Of a stretch of 64,000 nucleotides of DNA, positions 28,303 to 64,000 are shown one piece after another (position 1 is the first letter of the stretch; every line of letters starts with the position of its first letter). The translations under genes and the position numbers were made by a program. This DNA comes from Tubiluchus corallicola (Eukaryota; Animalia; Priapulida), in NCBI GenBank assembly GCA_030141605.1, contig JAQGDQ010000520.1, positions 1-64,000 of the forward strand, read 5' to 3'. Under the pieces are notes generated by a model. The model worked only from the letters and a program-made list of their open reading frames with translations, did not search any database and was not told the DNA's origin.

Positions 28303-28633
28303 TGTAGGGAAAACCAGAAAACACGCCGTTAACTGTTATTGCTTTATTCAACGAGAATTCTCTAGAACACAAAGATGAAGGAACATTGAAATGATTACAA
28401 ATAAACGTAAAAATCTGGAAAACGTTCGGGTAAGTAAATAAATGAGTATAAGTCCGTGTTCTGCGATCCGTGCTGTGCCCCGTGTCGGCAGGCTGCTTCG
28501 CCTTATATAGCGCGCTGGAGAAACTTCTCGAAGAAATGTTCGAGAACAATCCAGATGCTAAGGCGGTCATCGGTGGCAGAACATTCTACGGTGTTCTATG
28601 CAATTCTGCTTGACGCAAGCGATCTCCACAACA
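28303..28633 (-). repeat. Complete 3' LTR of the Gypsy element (331 bp)
   Basis: Minus strand begins TGTTGTGGAG and ends CCCTACA (TG...CA). It directly follows the PPT GGGGGGAGG and contains TATATAA (~28503-28509) and AATAAA (28343-28348) on the minus strand. Confidence 0.85.
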
Positions 28634-31600
28634 CCTCCCCCCGAAATTGATGCTGTTTCCAAAGCATCAGCAACAAAGTCTCTATCTCGGCTTGGGTGTC
28701 CTCTTGGATCGTCTGGGGATGTCCGGTCCATACTCAGGCACATGCGGCTTGGTCTCGGACATGGGCTGAGGTGCTCTGGTCTGCTTCAGGGTTTCTGGCA
28801 GTTATTCCAGGATCTCCATTGGATGATCAGTTGGAAGCTCAGAGGAAAAATCTGTCTCCTCACCAGGCTCATAGTCCCCTGCAGAAGCGGAGCATGGACT
28901 TAGCTGTTCCCAGTGTCGTCTCCACACTGGACCATGAGGAAAGACCTTAACGTTGAAGCTGCGGTACCCAAAGCTTTCTTGATGACCGCTGGTACCCATC
29001 GGGCAACACCTCCCGAGTTTGGAGTAGAGCGAAATGACTCCTTGGATTGCTTGCCCTGAGCGATGTGCATTGGCGAGGGTAGCAAAGAGTCGATCCTTGT
29101 CCGTATCTGCCGAGACATCAAGAGTTCACTCGGAGAGAATCCACAGGATGTAGGTGTTCACCGGTACTGCATCAGAAACTCTTGAAGAGCTCGTTTTGGG
29201 GGAAGAGAAGACTTTCTGAGTGCTTGCTTAAATGTTTGCACCAATCGTTCTGCTGCTCCGTTGGTAGCTGTATGGTATGGTGCGCCTGTGAGATGTGTGA
29301 TCCCACGTTCTCTGCACGAGCTCTGGAACTCATCAGACATGAAGGTTGATGCATTGTCTGTGACCAGCGTGTGAGGTAATCCGGAGTGAGCAAAGTCCTC
29401 TTCCAGCAGATCTAGAGTAGTTTTAGTGGACGTGGAAGAAGTAGGTGAATGCATGGATACTTTGAGTAAGCATCTGAGAACACCAGTCAGTTCATACCCA
29501 TGAAGTTTATGGCGTGATCCAGGTATAAGCGGCTCCATGGCTTCTCTGGTAGCATCCATGGCTGAACTGCAGGCTTGGATGGCTTGTTTTGATGTTCTCC
29601 GCACGAGTCACATCGTCGGCTAGCCATCTCGATAGCTGCATCGATACCGGGCCAGTAGACAGCACTTCTTGCCAACTGTTTCATGCGTTCCATGCCAAAG
29701 TGCCCGATATGCAGAAGATCCAGGATCTCGGACTGCAGGCTTTGTGGAATCACAACTCTTGATCCATGGATGAGGCATCCGTGGCAGATACTGAGTGAAT
29801 CCGACTTTTCGACTTCTTCATTGATCTCAGCGTGCTTGGGCGGCCATCCTTCTCGGACATAGCGCATTACCGTAGCTAGCACTGGATCTTTTCCGGCTCT
29901 TGTCGGAGGATGTTGGCGTCCACAGGCTTGACTTGAAGACTGAGAACTTTAATGGCACACACCGTGTGCATGTCTTCACCATTTTCCTCCCTGTCGAAGT
30001 CGTTGTCGTCTCCAGATGGCAAGCGACTAAGGGCCTCTGCATTGCCGTGATCTGCTATTTTCCGGTACTCGATTGTGTAGTCAAACTGCTTTAGCCACAG
30101 GGCCCACCGAGCTAGGCGATTAGCTGCAAGAAGTGGCGTCCCCTTCTTCGGTACGAAGAGTGAAGTCAGTGGCTTATGATCAGTCACCAGTGTGAAATGA
30201 TGCCCGCAGAGGTACTGGTAAAATTTCCGTTTACAAAAAATAATGACTAGGGCTTCTTTATGTATTTGGCTGTAGTTCCTTTCTGCAGCTGTGAGAGTCT
30301 TGGACACATTGGCAATTGGGCGCTCGCTTCCGTCCAGATAGCGATGAAACAGGACAGCTCCAATTCCAACGTTGGACGCATCACAAGCCAATCCCAGAGG
30401 CATGTCTGAGTTGAACTGCACAAGGACTTGATCTGAGGATAGCACATTTTTCAAAAGTTGAAATGCTGTTTGCTCCTCATCTCCCCACTTCCAGGGGAGT
30501 GTCTTCTTGGTCAACCTGTAAAGAGGCTCTGCCATAGTAGCCAGGTTAGGGATGAACTTCCCGTAGAACTGAACCGAACCCAAGAAAGACTTCAAGCTTG
30601 AGACGTCTGTATGGGGTGGCATCTTCATGACTGCCTCGACCTTGGATCCTTTTGCAACTCCTTCGGCCGATAATCCAAGATATTCAACACGTGGTTGTGC
30701 GAACAAGCACTTTTTATGACGACATCTGAATCCTTTGTCTTTCAGACAAGTGAGCAAGTGTCTCAGGTTGCTCAGGTGATCATTTGCGTCTTGCCCGCTG
30801 ACGAGCATATCGTCTTGGAAGATGGCAACTCCAGGCAGATCACTGGTCAGGTTCTCCATGATCTCCTGAAAGTAACCAAGCACTGACTTGATTCCAAAAG
30901 GAAATCATTGCTGCATTAGTACACGACTGTGGGTACTGAGAGCTAGCCTGCATTGACTCTCGGGTGCCAACTTAATCTGGTTGTAGGCACCAGCAAGGTC
31001 GATCTTCGTGTAGCCGTATCCACCTCCCAGCTTCTGCATCAGTTCCTCTGGGAGTGGCATCGGATGACGGTGGTCCACTAGCTGATCATTGATGCCGACT
31101 GAGTAGTCACCACAGATCGGCAATTTGGGCTCCTGAGTGCCCGGAGTGTAAGCTTTACGAATCGGTACCACTGGCGTTCCGTATTTGTTGAACTGGACTG
31201 GCTTCCAGACACCTTTGGCGATGCCTTCCTCGTAACCTTTGGCCAGGTCATTTCGAAGAGCGAATGGAACCGGTCGTGCCTTGTTAAAAACCGGCTTCAC
31301 GTCAGACTTGAACTTCACTTCCAGTTCGAAGTCCTTAACACACCCCAATTCTTCTTTGAAGAGATCTGGGAACTCATCACACAGGTTGTGGCAATGTCGT
31401 TGCAGGCAAGCATAAGACGCGTAAGTGGTCTCCGGATGTGACGTTTTTGCACCCTTGCTCTTGTCTTGACTCTCTATGCTTCTCAGTCCTAGAGCATTGT
31501 CCACAGAAATTCTCAGCTTCTGGATAGCATTTCGTCCAAGCAGGTTCAGGCCAGGGATCTTGGTGATGATGTAGGAAATTGAGCTTTGTTTGCCAGTCCT

Positions 31601-32914
31601 TGGATCCTTGGTCTGGCCCATGAAAGTTCCCAGCACTGGCAGGTCGTGCTTGCTGGCAGACTCGTAGGGATGTCTGACGTCATCCAGCTTTGGCTTGCCC
31701 AGTTGCTTCCAGACCGGCACTGAAACAAAATTTCCGGATGTTGCGGTGTCAAGTTCAATTGTGAACTGTTGGTCTTGGATGTTGACTTTGACCTCCAATC
31801 TAGGAGAGTCGTCGGGAACTTCTCCAAGGATCGCCTTGACAAGCTCATCTTTCCTGATTCTTCTCACAGACTTTCCAGATTTTTGGTCCCGTTGCTGCCA
31901 TTGTTTCTTCATGCAGACAGCCTCTAAATGTCCTTTCTTGTTGCAGAAATGGCACTTGGCATCTTTGTATGGACAGTCAGTCACTTTGTGGGCCTTTCCA
32001 CAATGGTAGCACTTTGTATCCATGTCGTTGGACTGTGATTGCTGCTGGTTCTTACGTTGACCCTTGTTTTGGTTCGTCTTGACTTTGTTGACGGGCCTGG
32101 GCTTGGGACTGTAAACAGTTTCCTTGACAGCCTTTGCCGCGTCTTCAGTCTCTGCAGTGATTTAGATAGCACAGGCGAAAGTCAGCTCTTCTTTCTTGAT
32201 TTTGAAGATAGCCTTCAAAACAGCTTCGTTATTGATAGAGCATATGAACCTCTGTCTCAGAGCTTCATCTAGTGGGTTTCAGATTGAAGGAAAATCACAT
32301 GTAGCAGCATCTTGGCGAATGTGGGCTGCTAACTCATGGGGAGTTTCGCCTGGCTTCCTTTGCATGTTACTCCAGAACTTGAATCGTTCACGCAGTATGA
32401 AAAGATTCGGGTCAAACTGTTCCTTCATAAAGTCGACAATTTCATCAATTGTCAGTTCTTTGATATCCTTGGGCGGAGACTGTTGTGTCGCTAGATTTGC
32501 CAGTTGTTTGTAAACACATGCAGACTGATTTGTTAGGAAAACTTGAGCCTGGCGTTGGTCAGGCACTGCGTTGGCTGCCATGAAAATACAAAATCTTGAC
32601 CAGTAGTCAGGCCACAGTTCAGAAAGTGGATCAAAGGCAGCAAATGGTGGAATGGCAGCTGTAAGTGTTGATGCAGGTGGAAGGTGGGCGCTTGAGCTGG
32701 AATTTTCTTCAAGAGTTCTAGTCTGAAGCAGTTTCCTCATAGCATCCATATCCTCTCTGTGTTGCTGTGCCTCTGCCGCTCCATATCTTCTTTGTGTTAC
32801 TGCGCCTGCTGATCCATCTGCTGGCGGAGGAGCTTGATAAGTTTGCCCATCTGCTCTGCCATTATTGCTTGAATAAACAACTGTCCACTGAGTTACCAAG
32901 GCGGAACTGAGTTA

Positions 32915-32980
32915 CATCGGTGGCGGAACATTCCGCGGTGTTCTATGCAATTCTGCTTGATGCCAGCGATCTCCACAACA
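32915..32980 (-). repeat. Truncated 5' LTR (first 66 bp only)
   Basis: Matches 28568-28633 with 5 substitutions. The rest of the LTR and the primer-binding site are missing. Confidence 0.88.
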
Positions 32981-33141
32981 CTTATGGGGTTTTTCGATCC
33001 TCGTGTCTCCATCATATGATAATCAATTATAATAAGCTTAGATAAACGTTTACATTTTGTGTATGAACGTTGAATTTAATGATTTTTGTCAGAGCTCAAC
33101 CAAAAACAAACTGCTGTTTTTGCGCCGCAGCGCCACCACGT

Positions 33142-33175
33142 AGTAGTAATTGTAATAGTTGTAGCATGTAGTATA

Positions 33176-33210
<35 letters not shown>
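33142..33210. repeat. (TAG)n microsatellite
   Basis: Tandem GTA/TAG run, imperfect at its 5' end. Confidence 0.9.
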
Positions 33211-33719
33211 ATTTTAATTCCATTTTCAGCCGGATCAATAATGTGAAAAAAATGAGCCTTTTGCCGACAAAGGACGATATGTGAAATAAATAATGATTAT
33301 TGAATACATTCAAAAGCAGAGGAGTTTCCTAGAAAACATGACATGTTAACTTGCTCAAACCTGCAAAATTCCACTTTGTGTTACAGACATTGCAGTCACT
33401 GCTACACAATTCATTTAAATAAATATATCTATAGCCGATTTATAAACATTGATGATAATGTTTTAGTAATATCAGGCAACTTGATCCTCAAGTTGTTACT
33501 GTATGCTGCAAACGATTTGGTTTGGGTGTATTTGGAAAGCAATATTTGTGCCTCAATAACTGTTTACACAATGTTTTTTTGCATCAATGTTTGCATGTAG
33601 TACATTTATAATATTTGTCATTACATTAATTAATAATTGCCAGTAAATCAGATATTTGCAATACTAGTCAGTAATCTCTAATCAGTTTAGTCACAAGTCA
33701 GACTCAGCTTTGAGTAATC

Positions 33720-33904
33720 AAGTCGTAGCAAAATGTGCGTATTCTCCAACAATTGTGGGAGCGTTTCGTAGTTCAGCTTTTATAAAATGGCAGCTTACTT
33801 GGAGAAATGTAGTTTTCAACATTTTCGTGCATTTAACGATAAACTTCTTGCTTAATAAATTCCGATTTTATCACAAAGTGGCTTAAAGTATTTGAACACG
33901 ATAA
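33720..33904 (+). promoter_or_regulatory. Probable IPO13 promoter/5' UTR
   Basis: Immediately upstream of the IPO13 ATG. YY1-like AAAATGGC (33784-33791) and two imperfect ZNF143/THAP11-like motifs (TGGGA...GTAGT 33756-33772; TTGGAGAAATGTAGT 33799-33813). Motif function is inferred. Confidence 0.45.
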
Positions 33905-59354
<25,450 letters not shown>

Positions 59355-60279
59355 CATTTGCTTAACCGCTTCTTGTCCTCATAAATAAATTTATTATGCA
59401 TATTGGGGAATAAATTGTGCAATAACCTCCAGAACCTATATTAAAACTTGACTTGACTTTTTTCTTTCTGAAGTTTCATTTTGTACAAAGTTTCCGTGTT
59501 TTTAAATGTCTTAATTATTTCTAGTGATAACTTAGTAATACTGTCAATTGTTATTTAACATGGTTAGTGTATATTTAGTGGGATTATGGAAGCGTGTTTA
59601 TTGCAAAATGTTTAGAATAACGTGCACAGGAAAATGAAGAACCACCAATTTTAAACTTGCACTACATGAAATCTTTCGGTTCGTGTAAGTTATTTGTGTG
59701 TAGTTTACCACGGTATCAGTTCAATTACAGCCATTGTGTTAAAGAAGTTTATTGCAATGCCTAATTGTATGCTTTTCAAAAAGTTGTTGGGAATGGTTTT
59801 AACAGTTTACAAAATGGCGAAATATAAATCATCACATCTTGTTTTTACAAAATAATTTTTATTGCATATTAGTACAATTATTTGTAAATAATTTGCATAT
59901 CATTATAGTTCTCATCCATATATTGATTTATTTATATGTGAAAAAAATTAATAAATGTTGTGTTTTTACTTGTTACATTATCAATGCCTATAAAATTTAA
60001 AAGTTATTGGTTCATATTAGTACTGCCAAGTATCGTACACTGCAACACTAGCTGTTTTAGCGCACTTATTGTCAGTAACAGCCATTTAAATACACTAAAA
60101 AAACAAGCAAAAATAACTAAAATGTCCATATACCTGATATAACTTTTATTTACAATTTGTATCACAGATTCTCTGAATTGCATATTAAATTATAATCAGA
60201 AAGAGATCAACCTATCACAATCATAATCAGGGACCCAAAAAAAGAAAAGACAATCACTGTTTGTTTTTCTTATGGAGTA

Positions 60280-60450
60280 GACATAAGAGACTTCTCTCGC
60301 GACTTGTTGTGCAACTTCTCTCTGAGAGAAGCTGCCAAGCCATTCACACGTTACAACAAGTTGCGAGAAAAGTTGCCAAGTCGTTTGCACATTGAAACTT
60401 CACTCTCAGAGAGAAGTTGTGCAACAAGTTGTGAGAGAAGGCTCTATGTC
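60280..60450. repeat. Fold-back (MITE-like) inverted repeat between the IPO13 and LIG4 stop codons
   Basis: Arms GACATAAGAGACTTCTCTCGCGACTTGTTGTGCAACTTCTCTCTGAGAG and CTCTCAGAGAGAAGTTGTGCAACAAGTTGTGAGAGAAGGCTCTATGTC are near reverse complements. Confidence 0.85.
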
Positions 60451-60594
60451 AGAATGCGCCACTAGTTTCTTCTCACTATCTGAAAGTGAATAAATAAAAA
60501 CGATATTATATACACTATTTTATTTACAATAGCTCAAGACTTCTCGATTAAGGTAGCATTAACCAAATCATTGCTTTAGATAGAAGAATATGTT

Positions 60595-63401
60595 TCATCC
60601 AACAGGCACGTAAGCTCTCGTATCCTTTAACATTTTGGAGTCACAGCAATCTGTCACCCAGCGATCAGTAACCAAACGGAATTTTAGCTCTCTGATACGG
60701 TTTGCTCTGCGCAACTCTGGTGCTCTTGACAAATCACTGAAACATTTAAAAAACTTAACTAAAAACTTAACTGGCATGCATTTAAAAACAGACAAAACCA
60801 GATTTGTGAAAAGTTTAAAAGTGAAGAGTGATGATGAATATTAATTTAGCAAAAGCACATTATGCATATTGGCAGTTTTGAGTGAATTAAATGACAATCA
60901 CAAATGAGTAAGTGTTATCTGGAAGTTACAAATGGAGACCTCATGCAAAAAAAGATTTCTTGAGAAAAAAGGGTGTCAATGAACAAATATGGAATTGTCT
61001 CGAATCCAACAATACAGCAGATGGTAAAGAGCAGTATGTAATGATCATTGAACATGAGGCAACCTGTTAACGAAAATTCTATTACGCATGCGCAAACCTG
61101 CCCACATCCACAGTAACATTGCTCTAATCAGCTTTATTAAATCCCAGTAGAAAAGTCACAGAAATCACAGAAAGAAAGGTTCAAGAAAAAAAGTAACCCT
61201 AACCCTAGCCAAAATTAATTGACATTTTTCGTACCAAAAATTGTAACTTTGTTCCATTACTTTTTTCTGTGACTTTATTACTGATCATTAGCTTTGTTAG
61301 CAACATCCGGTATTCATAGAGTTTATTATAAATACCACAAAAGGTTTTTGAAAATCTTATCGAAAGGCAACTGTACTAATGTTTTGTAGTGTGGCAGGAC
61401 TGGAATTTAGCTTGTTACAAAAGATAATCCTTTAAAAAAGAACACTGAACCAACAGAGGTGTCTCAGTTGGTGTTGGATGTGGTAAAATTCTTTCTCAAC
61501 AAGAGAAATAGCCAAGGCAGCTTCCCAGTTTTCACCAATCCATTCTCTAAGTGCCCTGGCTATGCTTAACCTTTGTAGCCATGCACAAACTATGATAATC
61601 TAGCTATTCTTCTGTCAGAAAGACACATAAAGCTCGTACTTAGAGGCAACAACTACATGAGTAATGTCATCATCTAATTCTTCGACGATCATGGCACCAA
61701 ACCGCCTCATTTGAAGTGCTACCAATTCTAAGCTGGAATCCGGTATTTTTGTTTCCGCATCTCCAATGATGCAGAACATGTCCATGTATACTCTGTAAAA
61801 CCAAAAAAAAATTAATTTAAAAAATCAGAAAGTATCTTTTGCTGCTAAACTACATTCAACTGCACTACAAAACTATAATGAAAAATACGACATGAAATGG
61901 AGTCAAACTGTCAATAAGTAAATCCAAATTCAACTGACAAATTTCATTAAAAAAAGTTCATTATTCCTTTATGTAATTAGATACATATTATGTATAACTC
62001 CCAGCTACAAGCATGCAAATATATTAACCCCTCATATTACGAATATTAATTTGCATGGTCGATACTTACCTGCACATTCGAAATAAGCTTTCCTCATTAT
62101 CATTAGGAAAATATTCCTCCTCCAACATAGCAATGTCTTCAGATGTAACTTCCGGTATATCAGAATGCTGAAATTAACGAATACAGTTAGAATAAGTATC
62201 ATAAAATAATAGGTGAAGTGTAGGTAATTCACATATTATGTTTTCCCTTCTCAACTTCCACAGTTTTATTGCTCTTATTGCTGTTGCTGCTATTATACTC
62301 TCCTCAGTTACATTATTAGCTTTACTGTACACTCTTACAGAAGCATGTATATTATAATTATTTCTTCTATTAAGGTGAGTGTGTAAATGACCACATAGTC
62401 GTACACTTTCCTTGCACGTCTTAAATTGCTTTGTTTCGAATTTTACTGATGTGTCTGTTACTGTATTTTTGATGTGTGAAATAAATGTCATACAGTGGCC
62501 GCCGCTTATTGTGGACACCTCGGGCCAGCAGTGTATGTCCATATTAAGCGGCTGTCCATATTAAGCGAAGTGACCCATGAAGACCCTTCCCCTTCATTAA
62601 AAAAGGCAAAAACTGTCTGTATCAACTCGTCTCCTGTTTTATTGAAAAAAAGAAGTCAGACGAGTTTGTTTGGCAGGAAACTTTTCTCTCAAGCTTGAAC
62701 GGAAGGAAGTTATCACAGTTTCGAAGCTCTCAAGGCCACGGCAAACGGCGAACTGACTGATGCAATGACTCACACAGGCAGCAGAGCGGGAAGCTCTTTT
62801 CAATCACGCGCGCAGGCCGTGGTTGGCACGGCTGGTCACGTGCCAAGAATGTTGGCTGTCCATATTAAGCGGCGGTTGTCCATATTAACCGGCGGATTTT
62901 ATTAGGGGAAAATTCCGTCCCTCGCGAGTTGTCCACAATAACCGTGTCCATAATAAGCGGCGGCCACTGTAGTTCATAGGTAAAAATAATGTGTGGCTTT
63001 GAAACACTTTATCAGGAATTTTGAATGTGTTTACAAAATTCAGTTACAACTAAAATACATTTTTTTATTACCACATTTTTAGAAATATCACAACACTTCA
63101 ACAGTTCAACACCCGCTAAATTAATATAATTTAGATTATTAATCTTCTTAAGAACGAAAATAACATCACAACTACAATTTCCTATTTAATCTGTTTTGAT
63201 ATCAGCGATTATGTATCTGTAGTTCTTTCACAACAAGTGCCTGTTTTATAGTTAATGTCTGATACCTTATCCATTCTTTCAAATATTTTCTTCAGCTCCT
63301 CTGGCGTAATTTCGTTAGTGAAACTGTCTCCATATTTATCATAGTTAGCAGCAAATTTTTTAGCTGTTGTTGCTGGGATGTTCAACATATCAGCTGGAGT
63401 C
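60595..63401 (-). CDS. LIG4: DNA ligase IV, 3' part (inter-BRCT XRCC4-binding linker and BRCT2); gene continues beyond the window
   Basis: Exons 63401-63266, 62167-62070, 61792-61640, 60736-60595, GT-AG with consistent phases. Translation: TPADML...KKFAANYDKYGDSFTNEITPEELKKIF...LEEEYF...SLFRMCRVYMD...LELVALQMRRFGAMIVEELDDDITHVVV...KFRLVTDRWVTDCCD...*. YDxYGDS(F/Y) and WVTD motifs match the LIG4 C-terminus. Confidence 0.92.
61145..61283. mobile_element. Small fold-back element in the last LIG4 intron
   Basis: Inverted arms CAGTAGAAAAGTCACAGAAA / TTTCTGTGACTTTATTACTG with internal TAACCCTAACCCT. Confidence 0.55.
62493..62969. mobile_element. Young Tc1/mariner-pogo-type MITE in a LIG4 intron
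   Basis: 26-bp TIRs CAGTGGCCGCCGCTTATT(G/A)TGGACAC with one mismatch, TA on both flanks, repeated internal GTCCATATTAA motifs. Confidence 0.93.
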
Positions 63402-64000
63402 CTAAAAATCAAGAGCTGCCTAAACAAGCATCTTTGGTTAACTCCTTAATACGGTACAATAAGATTTATTTATTACACTTAAAAGCATAAAAATGCACTT
63501 TAGTGCTACAATAAAAAAATTGAAAAATCACACACACAGAATATTAACATATACCGAAACATTTATGAAATCGCATATACAATGTACAATCACATATAAT
63601 TGCAAATTTGCAAAACTTAAGCATGGAACATAAAAACAGAATGTATTACGCATTCTTAACCTAAAAACACTATGCATTTAAATGAATCAAAACTTTACAA
63701 TATATGGAAGTGGCTATTGTTAGGAGTTGCAGCGGATGGTATAAAACTATTTTTACATCTACTTGTTCTCGCTTTCGGCAGGATGAGCTTGTAGCCTCTT
63801 CTATTTGAATAATGTAATTTTGGCAACAGTGCAGCTTTAATTAGTTTAGTGATGTAAATGATGGAAAACTTTTCCCTTCTAGTAACCTACACAAGCATCT
63901 TTGATTAACTCTCTAACACATTGTTTTCTCAGTAGTCAAAATTTTAATTGTTGTAGTACTGCACTTGCTTTAGTAAGGCACATGCCACAAGGTGTCCAGT

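Larger units (their letters stand above)
28303..32980 (-). mobile_element. Ty3/Gypsy LTR retrotransposon (Mag/K02A2.6-like), pseudogenised
   Basis: gag with two zinc knuckles (CYHCGKAHKVTDC, CHFCNKKGHLEAVC), protease ELDTA, RT (KIDLAGAYNQI, FQDD), RNase H (CDASNVGIGAVL, TDHKPL), integrase (H...H...C..C; TDN...NGAAERLVQTFK) in Gypsy order. Multiple frameshifts. Polypurine tract at 28634-28642 on the minus strand. Confidence 0.96.

Noticed and set aside
61194-61207. TAACCCTAACCCT as interstitial telomere
   Set aside because: Only two units, inside a small fold-back element.

Overview
AT-rich, intron-rich eukaryotic DNA from an invertebrate animal (probably a bilaterian; finer taxonomy is not determinable here). 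Five host genes were assembled by hand from GT-AG exons: the 3' part of TMEM9 (+), a two-exon Six1/2 (sine oculis) homeobox gene (-), a protrudin/ZFYVE27-like gene with an intronless CDS (-), a complete 24-exon importin-13 (+, ~952 aa) and the last four exons of DNA ligase IV (-). Non-coding space is full of transposon debris: a decayed Ty3/Gypsy LTR element, CR1/L2-type LINE pieces, a tRNA-derived SINE, Helentron-like elements and many hAT, Tc1/pogo and Harbinger-type MITEs, several of them nested. There is no CRISPR array, operon or other prokaryotic system. I cannot demonstrate a wholly new system. The most unusual items are: (1) a ~320-bp intronic fold-back with a degenerate minimal hammerhead-ribozyme motif on each strand; (2) a hAT MITE whose target-site duplication copied an IPO13 splice donor, part of a pattern of insertions just downstream of donors; (3) the intronless protrudin CDS; (4) a templated-insertion scar in the truncated Gypsy 5' LTR. 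All coordinates were read by eye and may be off by a few bases.
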